Source: Harriotta raleighana (Eukaryota). Taken from it: a stretch of 64,000 bases of DNA. The DNA lies in contig JBNZDD010013642.1 in the NCBI GenBank assembly GCA_050575255.1, positions 2,137,015-2,201,014 of the forward strand, in the 5' to 3' direction. A program made the position numbers and the translations under genes. The stretch's first letter is position 1, and each line of letters starts with the position of its first letter. This document shows positions 13,668 through 28,027 of the stretch, piece by piece. The notes under the pieces are model-generated. The model was given only the letters and a program-made list of their open reading frames with translations. It ran no database searches and had not been told where the DNA came from.

Positions 13668-14377
13668 TACTATTATTATAAGATAGTATAGGATCAAGGC
13701 ATTCGATCTTCGAGGGTTCTGGAATGCATTGTTTGTATTTAGAGGGGAGCTGCTGCGGTCTGGGTTCCCTTGCTTGAACTGCCACCTCCTCCAAATTAGT
13801 CCCAAAGCTCTGTTTACCCTGCCAGAGCATCCCGTCTTTCCCCAGGGCAGAAGCAGGCTTTGATGGCGAAGAGCCAGCAAAAAGAAATGTGTGCAAGAAC
13901 AATAAAGAAGAGCCCGCAAACTAGAAGGTGAATGTTACTGCGTTCAAAACTGGACCGACGTGTCAGAGTCCGAAGGAGAGTACTCACTACACTCCGCAAT
14001 GGACTTGAAAGGTGCTATTCAGTGTGATTTTATTGTTGTTGTTGATGATAGAGAGTGAGAGAATCCTCTTCATCACCTTCTCTGAGACTAAAACCCACCA
14101 CAATTTAAATCCACATGACCGACCTTTTCAAATATCTTCAGAATAAATAAATAAATAAGAAAGAAGTGGAGTTAATACAGGTAGCTTCAGGTAGCACAGT
14201 AAGAACAGAAGGGATGGGTCGTTTTGCAGTTTCACTCAATTTTATAAATGCATCTTGAATTTTCTAATGGCTGTAAAACAGCTGTGAGAGGCCATCGCAG
14301 ATTAAGGCACACAATCCTCACCATGTCATTGTTGTCCAGCCACTCTTCACTGCAGGCTAGGCTAAGAGTCCCACTAT

Positions 14378-14530
14378 TTGTGGGGACACTAGTTTGCACA
14401 ATTGGCTGCTGCATTTCGCTGACAAGATACACCGTCAATTCACTATACAATATATTCTGTGCTTTAAGATGTCTCAAAGATGTGATAACACACAATGTCA
14501 AATGCAAGTATTACTAGTATTATTATTATT
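14378..14530 (+). mobile_element. 5'-truncated SINE (3' half)
   Basis: ttgtggggacact..caattggctgc..tattctgtg..caaatgcaagtatt..(TAT)n, same family tail. Confidence 0.8.
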
Positions 14531-14699
14531 AGCGCCACTTTTGACCAGATGCTGAAAGTCTGGTTTAAATTATGTTGCTACTGTCAGGCCAACCTCAGAA
14601 GAATTAATACAATGCGAAGCACTTGGAGATGTTCTGCCGATGTTACAGGCGTCACATCAAAATGCAAAGAGTATAATTTCTATCAACCTGTCCACTCCT

Positions 14700-15033
14700 G
14701 TCTGTTTGTCCCTGTCAGTCTGTCCGCTCCCTCCGTTCAGCAGGTTCCAGCCTGCTCCACCCAATCCACTCTACCATCGGTGGCTGGGCTTTCAACCTCT
14801 CTGCCCCCACTCTTTAGAACTCCATCCCACAATCCCCTTATCTTGCTCCCTCCCTGCCTCCTTCAAGGCCAGTCTCAAGACCCTCCTTTTTGATCATGTC
14901 TTCACTTGTCTCTGCCCTCCCTCATCCCAACCCTGCTCCCCCATCCCCCTCCACCTCCATGCTCCCTGACTTCTCCCGATATGAAAGGCTCTCTACCAAT
15001 GTAGTTTTGTTGTTGTTATTTGTTGTTATTATT
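14700..15033 (+). mobile_element. L2-clade LINE 3' fragment (ORF2 C-terminus, 3' UTR, (TTG)n tail)
   Basis: Degenerate translation RSLRSAGSSLL..STIGGWAFNLSAPTL*NSIP..FKASLKTLLFDHVF is typical of the L2 ORF2 end; ends gatatgaaaggctct..tgtagttttgttgttg. Confidence 0.8.
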
Positions 15034-17241
15034 GCAAACTGACTGTGGGGTAGCCATAGCCAACCTTATATAAAGATATATCTAGGCAGCATCCTGTAGC
15101 ATCTTTTCTCATGGATTAAGTAGCGCTGGTGGTAGGAATGCTGCCCATTCTCAGTCAATAGAAAGAAAAAAGCATTTGTGAAGGAGGATGCTGGCATGTG
15201 AACAGCACTTTGCAGTTATTTGAGCATAAGAAGGAAAAACTCTACAAATTCTCCCCTCCCCCCCCCCTATTGCCACAGCTAGCGAGCAATGGGTAGCTGG
15301 AGCTTCCACACACAAAGGATACATATATCTAGGACCAGATGCAGAACATACAAACCACAAGCATTTTAATATTGTACGTTTCGAACAAAGTAGCAACGTG
15401 GCCAATTGTGTTTTCGTTCCAAATAATAAAAGAAATGAGAACCAGAAGCTTGCCTGTCCCTAGAAATACAGGAAGAACTTTCCTCGGCCCCGGTTTCTCC
15501 ACATCTGCCAAGATTCACCTCCATTCGGGCAGAATCCATTATGCAAGCGCCTGTTTTAAATGTTTTAACATTTGCTTAGGTGCAAGAGTTTAGATGACAG
15601 CCCGGTAATTGATAAGGGAAGTCGGAGACAGGGCTGACGGATGTGGTGCTCAGTTTGATATGGCATCTTTCCCCACGAGCTTTCAGACAAATAGCAGTCT
15701 TTTGTTCTACTCCCAGCCACCCATATACACATATATCAACATGGCACTCCCATTTGTTGTGGTGTGGCTGGATTTGATATTGGGGTCCTTCCTTACATTC
15801 GGATTGCCAATTCAAATAGGCAATTAGAGGGGGGCGACAATGGAAACCTTGAAACTCTGTAGCCTCTAATGAAACGCAAATTTGGATGCAAAAAATGAAG
15901 GCTTCTGGAGTTGGTGTTGCCCTCTGGGAAGATAAGTGTCACTTGGGAGCAATCATACCACTAGGTTACTCCTCCAGTATCTCTGTCTCGCGCAGTGAGC
16001 TTTTAATATATTTTTTACCCATTTTAGACAGTTTTAACTCGGCCTTTTTCTTTCAATGCAACGGGGAAACTGCTTTGATTTGTCATTGCCAAAGTACAGC
16101 GCGCTCTGCCCTCGCCGTGCAAGTGTTGGTTCGTTCGTTTCAGCTCCGCTGTTTGATCGAAGAAAGAGTTGCTTGCATTCCTTTAAATATTTGCCTGCCG
16201 CTTACTCCTCCCTTTCCCCATCTGCTGGTGTAGAGCAGTTGCGGATCAGCTCGTCTGCAGGTACAGATTTCACAAGAGGTAACTACAGCCTGGCTGCCAA
16301 AAAAACAGCCCACTGAGAGCAGCTGTCTAGCCTCCCCCTCTTGCTCTCTACCCTCCATGGGCCCTACAATTCTTCCCAGCTAGAAGCATAAATCATCCTC
16401 TTGTCATCCGCTCTTTTATTTCACGAAGACCAAATTCAGTTGGAGCAGTTCGAACATAAATATAGATAATGGCTGAAGCAAAAGAATCTTCTCAGTGTAT
16501 TTTAACATCCTTTTTTTTGGCAGCAAAACCTGTTAATAAGGTACAGTATCAGAACTACTGAACCTGTCTGAAAAAGCAAGCCGCGGTGTCATGTTTGCTA
16601 ATTTATCATTTATCTGCTTTTCATAATACGACTGTAATTCTCGTGTATGTAGATCCCAGTGACGGTTGGTATGAACGACTTCCTTTCCGAGTTGTTTGGA
16701 ACAATTTATGTTTGTAGAGAATTGGTGGGAAGTGTTTCTGTCTGAGGTCAGGGATTAGCCAGTGCTGAGTGCTTGTCCTTTTTTTTAATGCTCTTGTAGG
16801 TTGGAGCGTGATGTTACATACATTTGTGCATCAGGGCAGTAAAGATACTGTATTTCAAATTGTGGTTACAGTGCAGTTGCTCACACAACTTTCAACTGTT
16901 GCTGCAAACTTCACATCAAAGTTTTATTACTTTTCTCAATTGTGCTTCTACATTCTCTAAGGCAGATACTGCAAACATGCTCCTAATCCGCTTCCCCACT
17001 AAAAATTTATAACTTTGTGTTTTACGGTGACTAAAAGGTGCATCTCCCTCAAACATTCACTCTACCACTCACTCAATTCCACGTGCTCTTTGCCTCTCAC
17101 ATCCCTACGTATTCGTTCTCTGCCGCTTGCTCACTCGCTCGTTCTCTCTGCCTCTTGCTGGCTCACACATTCAATCTGCAACATACTCACTCATGCTTTC
17201 AACGTTTCATTCACTCCGTTTCTGTGCTGCACATTCTCTCA

Positions 17242-17482
17242 ACAGCAACAACTTACATTTACACAGGGCTCTCCAGGCTGGGAGGCTTCTAGGGGCGCTT
17301 AACAATGGCCGAGGTCGAGCCGGGGGGAGGGGGAAGGTGACCGGAAGTGCAATCAAAGAGAAAGGTCTTCAGGGGCGATCTGAAGATGGGGAAGGAGAGG
17401 GTGAAGTGAAGGGGTTGAGGGAGGGAGTTGCAAAGTTTCAGGGCATAGTGGCTGGGAGCACAGCTGCCGATGGTGGAATATA
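17242..17482 (-). mobile_element. L2-clade LINE 3' fragment
   Basis: Minus ORF STIGSCAPSHYALKLCNSLPQPLHFTLSFPIFRSPLKTFLFDCT resembles the L2 ORF2 C-terminus; tail acagcaacaacttacatttac. Flanked on both sides by CTCA/CT-rich low-complexity sequence. Confidence 0.75.
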
Positions 17483-20400
17483 GGATTCTATCTCTCACAA
17501 CAACTTTTATTTATATTTATATATGTATATAGCACATTTATATTAGCGCCCTTCATACTGGACAGCTTCTCGCTTGCTTGCTCCCTCATTTACTCACAAA
17601 TTCATTCACCCACGTTTACTCTGCAACTCACTCACTGACTCATGCAACAATATCTCTGCCTCCCGTTCTTTCTGTGTCTCCCTGTCCCGCACGCTCTCTC
17701 TCTCTCTCACTCACTCACGTGTATTATATATTTTTTTGTTCTCCGCTAATTGTATTAGAAGGCACAATTGTCTTGTTCATGGAACTCTAAAGAGGTTTTT
17801 TTTTAAATAGAACTTTTCCCCCAGATCTCTTGACAGTTACTTATTAATTTGACAGCTGCTCGGTGCAGTGACGAGCTGCTCTCCCACTGTTTTTGACTCA
17901 CAAAAGTGCGCTGCAATTTTACCTCCTGTATTTTATCGAACCAAAGAGAGAATTTTCTTTTTACACGCATTCCAAAGTTGCAAAGTCAGTCCCCACAGGT
18001 TTCCTATTGATCAGGTAAGCATTTCCTGAACATGTTGTACTGTCAGGAGCTAATGGTGATTTTTGTCAAGTGTTTCCTTCTGGGATTTTGAATACAATTA
18101 AGGGGTAAGTGTTGGTGAATATTTTCATACCCTTTTGAGAGTCTCTGGGGAGGAACTAGCGAGGGACACCACACATTTCCAGCTGTAGCACGGCTTCCAC
18201 AAGTAGTTTTAGAATTTAAAAAAACTCCAAGCCTGCAATGAATGGCTGCCATCCAAAACAGCATCCTCATTTGAATGCAGAAATGGAGAATTAATCCTCT
18301 TGTACTGCTTCCCAGCCCAAAGATGTTTTTATATTTAATTCAAATGTGATTAAGTTGATTATTTTTCTAAAATATATATATCTCGTAGCATTTGGGTTTT
18401 TTTGCACTTGGTTGAAATCTGTTTCTTTCAATATTTCATTTTGCTGAAATGGATCCTTTGTTCCAAGTTTTCCATACTTTTTCCTTCTCCAATCTCCTTC
18501 AAGAATACGCAGTTTTCTGTTTGTACTTGCCGATTGTTTTTAACTATCGATGCAAATATTTATTCTCTATTGTTTTTCGAAGCAAAACAAACTTGAGTGC
18601 TCTTTTCCTCATCTTTGCCTGTTAGCAACAAACCAATTCTTTTTTGGGGGTGGAAGTAGATTTTAGATTTTGTTTTTTGCAAGTGTCCAATTCCCATTCA
18701 TTGGCAAAGACAAAGGTTTACGTGGAATCACCTTTCTTTTTAATATATGAAAAGAATTGTTACTCTGTGTTTTGGAGTTACAGCCAACCTTACTCCTGTC
18801 CCACCAGCAGTTCACCAGATTATAAACCAGTCCATTAAATTCTGAATGTATTTCGGTGACAGATGGGCATAAGGCTCTCTGATGCCACACTGTTTACTTA
18901 CATTTATGTAGATTGTCACTCATGGTTCATGAACCTGTGACAAGTGCAAGCCGAGCAGCATTGTAAATAAAGCTCGGAATTATATTTATATTGATTCCCT
19001 ATTAATCTGGGAGATTTAACTTCTGGTTAATATCCGTATTTTCCAATGTTTTTTTAAGCCAAGTGACATTTATATTTATTAAAAGGTGTAGACTTTATTG
19101 TTAAATTGATATAAATTCCCATGGTATTCATAGCATTATGATCCTGAATCCTTTCCAAGTGAGATACTCAAAGGTGACTGAATCTGTTTTTCCGAGTAGC
19201 TTTCAGTGTAAAGCTAACTTTCACTTGACTGCAACTTTTTTTTTAATGTTTTAAACAAAAAACGTAAAATTATAAAAGCTTTTTTAAAATCCAGACTAGT
19301 GATGGAGGGCAGAGGCTTTTTATTGAACAAAATTATTTCAAAGTTGATGCACTTCAGATCAGATGTACAAATTCCATTCAAGTCCTTGTCTCATTGATGG
19401 ATTATTTCTCCGTCATTTCTATCATTTAAAACCCACCAGTTTAATAATAATTAATTTTCCGTGGTGCAATAAATCAAGCAGAAACATTGAAGCCAAACCG
19501 CTTAATTCCATGAGTATCTTAAAATAGCATTAACACTGTGAGTTTACCTCAACATTAAATAGTAATTTTTTTTTACCCTTCACTTTTGGACAATTTTAAA
19601 AGATTCATTTTTTCTAACAAATTCACTTAAAAGAAAATAAAAAGAATCTAAAGTTAATGAACCCTTTTGGTTTTCAATTACACAGACAGCATTTCCTGAA
19701 ATGATTTTATCCCCCCCAAAATGACACTGATGGCTATTGTTTTGTACAATATTCACTGCACATCATGTAAACAGTAATAGATAGCACTTTGAAATGTACC
19801 ACGCAAGGTGAGAAATGTATGTTGCACAAAATTATAATGTAAGGATCTGTGCCACATGCAACTAAAGCAGACATTAAGATGCTTCATCAGAATACTACAA
19901 TATGTTCTGATGAATCTGGGAAAATGTGCCTACATTTGCTAACCTTCAATCATGTTTTAATATTCTTTGCTTTGTTAATGCTCCCTTTGATATGCTTTGA
20001 TATGCCCCTCCCCTCCTCCCTCTGATCCGTGAAGTTGCTCAAAATGTCTAAACAACTTGTAAAAAGTGAAGCACTCATATCTGTAGTTAAAATATTCACA
20101 CACGGCTCTGCAGCCTGCTTAAATGTCTAATTTGGTCTCCATTTCGGAGTTGCCAAAGTGTAGAGATAAGATTAATCAAATACAAGGAAGCGACAGCTAT
20201 AGTTACGACCACTGGCTTTGCATTCCTGGTGTCAAAATGTTGTCACAAGACACAAGTGCACTGTAGTGATCCCTGAACTGCAGAATCAATTCAAGGGGCC
20301 TGGTCAAACTTAGTATATGGCGGTTTGAACTTAATAATCTGATGTATTTCATTAGTTTATTGTTAAATCTGTGGTAATCCATACCTCTTCCTCTGTGTGT

Positions 20401-22247
20401 GCTTCTACCAATTGTTCAATTGAGACTTTTTAAAAATGCATCTATTTTATTAATTGAACATTTTACAGTTTTGAAAGCTGGAACAATTTTGCTAATTATG
20501 CCTGACAACTATCTAGCTGTTCGAGATGCGCTCCCTAATGATGTTTATTGCGGACTTGTTAAACACTTGCAGTGCCTAACCTCAACAGAGACATACCTCA
20601 CATAGTTTCTCTCCTCGCCTTTTATGAAGCTTGGATTTCAGAATGGAACATAGTCAGGCGGCTGAGCCACCGGCGAATGCTTTCCATGTTAACACGGCCT
20701 CGACCACTGTGATTTTGTCAACTAAAAAAGAAATGCTTTGTACGATAGCTCATTAGCACAGGTTAGTCCTCACTCCTCCTTAAAGCTTCAACAACTGTGA
20801 ATGCTTGCGATGCCCTCTTGACACAAGCCTGACCGGAGGTCTCGTGGCAGGCTCAAAGGGAATGAGAGGTTGTTGTTGGCATAGCAAACTGTATTTGCGA
20901 CCTCTTAGCACTCCAGACAGCTGTTGAGACCCTGCCTTTAATAGGCAAGGTTAGCAGGGTGCAGGCCTGCTCGCAGTGCACTGACCAGAGCTGCCGTGCA
21001 TGAAGGGGAGAACAAAAGGCTGATGACAGCTCGTGATGTCTGGGCATTTCAGACGCTGGCTCAAAAGTTCATCGTGATAGACTGGATTAGTGCACATTAC
21101 AGCATATTGCCAAATATGGAAGCAGCGTGCTTGCGGCTTCTCTACACATGTGTTATCCATCATGCAACCCATGCAAACTGCACCTGGAAAGAATGTTTCT
21201 CCCGACAGTTATTTTAGCTGCTGTCCTAAATGCAGCTATTGGCATTTAAAGGCCTCATCTGCTGTCTCTCCCATTAACCCTACTCGTTTCACAGCCACGT
21301 TCTAATCACACCCCCAGGTTAAGATCAACGGAATTACCTTGATAACTAAGAGCTTCTATTGTGTGTTCTTTTCCTTTATAGGTTGTGCTCAAAGTCACAA
21401 AGCACCCCAGTGTGGGAATGCCCTAGATTTTCCTATGTATATCATTGAATTTACACCAAATCACCAAATAGAGATGTTTTCGATTTTAAAAAAAAGATAA
21501 TGATTGAGGGAGGAGGGTGACTGGGTGAGGGCGAGGGGGGTGAGCTGGGGGGTTGGTGCAGTGGGGGTTGCGGAAGTAGTGCGCTAAAGCAAAATTTCTT
21601 GTAATAGAAGAATTAAATTTAAAGTGCTTCAAGTCTATTTTAATTTAAAGCAGGGTGATCTTGGTTAAGGAAATTAAGGCAATGCCATTAGGATTAAAGC
21701 TAATTAGAATTTTTTTTTAAAAAGGCTGATTAGTGTACTGATACCTGAGTACTTATAAAGTGACATCTTCTGGAGCATGGTCAAACGAATTGTACGTTAG
21801 TGTAGTACAGAGGATTTGACACCAGCTTGGAGCGTTGAAAACCTTGGTTCACATTGTATTTTAATCTCTGCAGATGGGGAGGAGGGTGGGGGTGGGGGGG
21901 AGTGAGAGAGTAGAGGACTTCTGTGACTGTTCCCCTGTTTAAACTAAAAAGGAAAAAAAAGATGTCTCCAGGGGTCACAAATTATGTTCAGGTTTGACAG
22001 ATTGTAGCCTTGCTTTACAAGAGCAGTAACATCTCATTTGTCACAGTTTGATCAGTAAGTGCGTGAATGGAAGCGGAAGGCTTTCCATCTCCGCACCAAT
22101 TTAATAGTTCTGAGGCTGTCACCCGGCTTGAGCCACCTGCCCAGGAACTGCAACACTGATCTGTTTTAATTTAATCGGCTGTCAATCGGAATGAAATCAT
22201 AAATCGTCTCTTTTGATTCCACTGGCAGGATATTTCCCCCTCCCCCC

Positions 22248-22344
22248 NNNNNNNNNNNNNNNNNNNNNNNNNNNNNNNNNNNNNNNNNNNNNNNNNNNNN
22301 NNNNNNNNNNNNNNNNNNNNNNNNNNNNNNNNNNNNNNNNNNNN
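22248..22344. other. Assembly gap (N run) inside a poly-C tract
   Basis: N run flanked by C homopolymers. Confidence 0.99.
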
Positions 22345-25099
22345 TTTTCCCCCCCCCCCCCCCCCCCCCCCCCACCACCACCACTCCCATGTTATTGCAG
22401 TATCACACAGAGAGAAGAGAGAGAGAGCATCCCTTCTTTTGTAAATCTCTGCAGCCAGTACTTTATTTAATGTGCCCTCAAAAATCAGATATGCGGGGCA
22501 TTGGAACGCGGCATTTCCATTTGTGTTCCTGTTATTAGATTTGCTGCTAAAACATTTCACAAATGGAGAAAAATGCAGATTTGTGGCCGGGTGCAAAGCC
22601 ATCCGTCCAAGAGAGAAAAAGAGTCTAGGAGTGAAAGGGAGTTGTGTTTTGTTTCTATCTGTTGGCAAACTTGCGCAAAAGCCCTTGTATACAAAACAAA
22701 AGTGCTGCTCGGAAGGTTTTCTTCTTACAATAATCACAGTTGGGGAAACAAAACTAAAGCTTTAGGGCTTGGAGTAATGCAGTATTGACAAACTTAGCCA
22801 CCGCACGAGATAAGATAAATGCAATCAAAAAAAGAGATTCCTCCCACCCTGAAATGATGAGAATAGTAAATGACAGCAAGTGCCCTGCAGAAGGCTACTG
22901 TCTCTTTAAGTGAGTTTACTAAATGCATTTCAGTTTTGAGAGTAAATGGAGTTAGTCTATTGTACATGTTTAATTCCCTATTAGTCCCCAGTGTTTACTG
23001 GTATGGCCAAGCTGGGGCACCTGTAAATTGGGTTAAATACAACGCATTGTCTAAACATATCACAGTTACAATCATTCACCTCGAATGGTGATAAGAAACC
23101 TCTTGTATTATTGAATCTACAATGGGGAGGCTCTGCAGGCGTAGAGATAACAGCTAGTTATTTCTCCTTAAGTAGAAAGAAAAACAGTGGCTTGAGCTCG
23201 CTGTTATGACTGTGACATTAATTATAACCCACTGAATTGTTTTATGCTGGTGGAGTGGTTTTGAGATTAAGCTCGCCCTCCTAGCTCCTGTGCATATGGC
23301 TCTGATTACAAATATTTGTCATTCAAGAAAACTTTCATTTTCAAGCGGAGATGATGTATTTATTTTTCTCTGTGTAATCTTGCAGTTTTAATTAGTGGCA
23401 CGCCAAAAAAAACAGATTGGAATTATTTCAGCCTAGCAATTAAAATGGAATGCTAAGTGAAAGCTATTTTAGGTTCCCTATAGGGATTTAATGTTAACAA
23501 TGTGTACTTTTTCTTTGGTGAATCCTTGATAAGCAGGAGGGTTAGACAGCTTTCATTATCATCAGAAGCACTTCATGGTCATTCTTTAGTATTTGAAAGG
23601 GATATTTGTTAATTGTATGCGGTCAAATTTTTTTTCCCCAAGCTTTTGAAATATAATTTACAATTTTTAATCTGATTTCAATTTGATTAAATCATTAATT
23701 AGCTCCAAGTTAATTTTCTGGAAAATAAACTGGGCAGCAAGGGTTAGCTTTACTAACTGTACTTGCATGTGAGGGGCAAGGAGTAGGAAATACGGCAGCA
23801 CAATACGCAAACAGAAGCATTTTAAAACTTGTTCAATGCTAGAGTCGCCACTTTCTGTCACTGCCTCTGAAGTCCCTCTTCCCAGAAAGACGGTGTCATC
23901 GTGGCAATGAAGATCTAGGATGCAGCAAGTGACATTAGGATAGTTAGAGTAACAATGAAAAGCATTTATCCATTGCAAAGAAACACACAAATACATTTCT
24001 GTTTCTAAGTACAAGTGGGAGTTACTCAGCCACAGGAGAAGGTTATCTTTCCGATAGTATTACACTGTATTTAGTAAATCCACATTTCATTTTAATGCCT
24101 CGTCAGCCCTTGAAAACTGGTTCTATATTGAAATTGATATTCATGATCCATTGTTTGTCCACTACTCCAAATGATGCTAATTGTTCATTCTTCAGCCTGA
24201 CACTTAACTTTAACAACAATAAATTCTGTGATTCGATGCCAACAATGCTTTTTCCTAGACAAAGTACTTCCCTATCATTAACAGCTGCGTGCAGGTCAGA
24301 AATCTCGAATCTGTAAAGAAACTCTTTGCCTCCTGATAGCTTCCCGTGCTATATTTGATGTGTTTAAAACACTGCAGTCTTCCTGTCGAAGGCACTGAAT
24401 GAAAAATTGCTCAGTTTTAAATTCCTCACCAACACCACTCTTGAAAAGGTTACAGCAGATCTCCCAGGTTGGATCACACTCTTTGACTATTGCCAGCTGC
24501 AGAAACAATTGGTCAGCTCTCCAGCAGCATAGGCATGCCTTTTCTTTTAGTCTTTACTTTGTTTGGTTTTTGTTTCCGCCCGTGCAAAATCTCTCCAGTG
24601 TAATCCCCTTCCTACAAGTAAGTATAAAGAAAGTTGCTGGAAAAAAAGTGAGAGTGGTGGGCGGTTGCAGGGAAACGATATGAGCATAAAAAGAAATATT
24701 GGCTGTGTCGTGATCTTTTACGAGATGCTATGCAGGTAATGAAAAAAAGCATTTTGAATCCGTATTGAGTTCATAAAGAATCATATTGAAAGATTAACAT
24801 TCCAAAGGCTATTTCTATGTTAATTCTGGAAGCACTGTTTAAGCAGAAGAGTGACAGTAGAATAAGCTTTGTTTGGATAATCGTTTTGTACAGCTCTTTA
24901 TCCAATTCACTTTAGATGTAATGGTGTCCATGTCTGCAGATGCTTAAAATTTATACCCGGCCAGCACCCTTTGCCCTTAAAAAAAAGGCAGCCGTAGAAA
25001 ACTTGTCATTGATTGCTTACTAAATGTTCAAGGTTTTGGGGTTCTGTTCTTGTCATTGAATTTGTTGGGTGAGAATTCCATAAATCCATTACTCTTGGT

Positions 25100-25169
25100 T
25101 CACTGGAATCCTTGGGACAGCCTCCCGACGTGAAAGGCGCTATATAAATGTAATTTTGATCGATTGATT
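25100..25169 (+). mobile_element. Short L2-type 3' terminal fragment
   Basis: ccttgggacagcctcccgacgtgaaaggcgctatataaatgtaattttgatcgattgatt. The same terminus recurs at about 2164-2230(-), 28920-29020(-), 36270-36330(-), 36862-36932(-), 47608-47672(-) and 60055-60100(+). Confidence 0.75.
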
Positions 25170-28027
25170 CTGCTGTTGCAGCATGATATCCAGCCAGTGC
25201 GCATCATTCTGTTTGGTCCAACCCATTTGTAGAATGAGGTTGTCTTATTAATGTAGTAAAATGAGTAAGTATTGATTGGGGAAAAGCACATTGACACTAA
25301 TGACTGTGGTAGTCCACTAGTAAAGTGTTAAGAATCCAGAGGTTGCAGGTTAGAACTCTAGGGCTAATCTAACACTTGAATCAACAGCGAAGAGTTCTTG
25401 TCATATTCTTTCTTACCAGAACTACCAGATGAAAAGGTCGAAATTGAAGCCCTCTCCTTACTGACTCACCAACCAATGGAAATGTGTGTGTGTGTGTTTG
25501 CCACCTACAAATTCAAATGTCCCTATGTCCGGAATGGAATGCGCAACATCTCCCTGGAGGGTCTCAACCTATTCATTAATCCATGGAGTACGAGGTGAAG
25601 GATAACAAGAGCCAAGGCCTAGGAACCTCAGAGTGTGTGTTGATGTACTTCTGGAGTTTAACTAAGTAAAGCTGCATGGCTTGCCATTCAGAGCACTGTC
25701 TTCCTAATGCTTGTCCACATGGGACTGGCCGACCTATTGGGGCTTTGGCTTGCTGGGTTAACAGTATGTGTGAAGGGAGAAATGCATGCTCCCTCCCTAT
25801 CTGTCCTCCATGTCCTGCCAATGAGCCAGGTTGTCATTTGTCATCAGCAGTGTCATACATTACCAAGAACCTGCCTGGCTCAAGAAGCAGACTCAACCAC
25901 AGAGGGTTGTCTTGACTGTGATCTTGGAGCCAGCTCAGCTCCATGGAGACTCTGCTTACCTCTCTCTCCAACTCAAGATAGTCACCCATTAACCATTTAG
26001 CTGATATTTAAAGGCAGTGGTCATTTGGCTAAGCTGCATCATAGCTAAAATTTGAAACAAACGACTTAATGTTTATTTATTGGGGAACGAAAGGTTTGAC
26101 AAATTCACTTGTTCCACTAATCAATGATCAAGTTTAATTGACTAATGATCTTCTCCTTGATTAAAGGTTTGGCCGCCATCATTTTTTTAATTGATATTCG
26201 TTCAATTTCACAATCGATGGCATAAATTAAAGTAATTGCACTCTTCATTGGTTAAAATGGAACCCTTCAAACTGTGTGTGTGTGTTCGTGTTTGTTTTGA
26301 GGGGTAATCTTTGCCCTGCTGGTTGGAAAGTCGATGCAGCCTTTGAGGTTGAAACAGAGTAAGAAATACTATGTTCAGCCAAAGAGAGCGATCCTGACAT
26401 GCATGTTGTTCCGAGGCTTTTAACCTTTAATGAAACGGTGGTCAGTAAATAAATCAGAGTAATCCATGCCAAACAAAGCAGTCATTTCAAATATTTTGAG
26501 GGAAAGGAAAAGGCCATTTACAGTACTTGACTGTTCGGAGAGCATTTGCAAAAGAATCGCAGCAAGTGCCGTGCACTATTTGAAAATAGCACTTCAATAA
26601 ATACCTGTGCTCAAGTCTTGAGGATGTTGGCCTCTACCTCCAGTTCACCTCACTGATTTCTAGTGTATCATCCAGTGGAGATGCCAATCAGAAACTAGGA
26701 ACTTGTTAATATCCGAGAGGGGAATGTCAATGGATTGGGTTCGTGCTGTGCCACTCAGTGCTCTTCCTAGGTCCTTGCTGTTGACTGAACACTAGAAGGT
26801 CATTTCTTCCCCTTCTGTCCTTCCCATCTCAGTCAGGGAATAATGCACAATGTAGGGTAGATGAGAAAAGTGGATAATAGGTAATAAAATACATATGTGG
26901 TAGGGGGAAGTGGGACTAATTTGTACTATTAAGGGAAATATCCCTCAGCTATTCGCTTCCAGCAGTCGCAGCCAAACTAATGCTATTTTACACTGGAGTC
27001 AGCTGTGTTTAAATAGCTTTTTCCTTTAATTCCCAGTGTCGATGTTTTATAAATTGAGCCAAGTTTTTTGTCTGTACAATCGCTGCTTGACTTGAGCCAC
27101 CAGTTTTGTTCGATGCATTGGGTTTAATTTAAAGAGAATCAGTGAAATAGCTGTACTCACACCTAACCTACAAGTTTAAAGTTTTACTGGTTAGAATTTT
27201 GTTTTGAAGCAAATAAAGTTACAGATGGCCAGCATATCTATGAAGGGAGAGAGACCCAAGCTAATGCAAGACAAACTCTCTGAACTGCATTTCCCTCCAT
27301 TCCCTTTCTGCTGCTCTGGAGAAGGAACCTTTTGCTTTCACAAGCAGAAATGAAGTGCTAGTATGAGCTCATTTACTGCAAGTGAAGTTGGCAGTATTAT
27401 CTAGAGAAGGGAAAGTGGCTCAAAAGACAAATGCAATTGGTGTGACAGAAGTCTTTATTAGCCTAGGCAGTAATGTAACATGTGTACACAGGGAAAAGTG
27501 GAGAAGGGTGACAGGTAACCAATGGACTCAAGGCAAACTACATCAGTAATCATGCTTTATGTACTTCTAAGTCTAGCATGAAATTGGGTTTTAGTTAGTC
27601 TTTAATGAGAGGGAGCCAGCCGGAAGGTTTCAGATCTCGGTAGGTGGAAGATCATGTTTCAATAGGGGGGAGGGTTGCAAAACAGTAGAAATAGAAATAG
27701 AGTGCTTTCCCATCCCAGCAAACATTTATGTTAGACATTCAGTACTTAGGGAATCTTGAAATTTTGATCATTGTTTTTCTTGCCTGGTGCTGCAGTTATA
27801 TAATGCACCTATGATGTTGATGTATTTTTAAAATAATAATATTAATCCTTTCATTTGCACTCCCTCCACCACTCCAAGCTCTGCTCATGCAAGTAAGCAA
27901 TGCATCAGCTCCCTGCTTGCTCACTGCTCAAACAGTGGCACTGGAGCTCCACGCAATATGATAGCGGAACAGCAAAAGTTCTTCAAGTCGCAGATTGAAA
28001 CATACCTTTGATATAATGGACTTGGTA

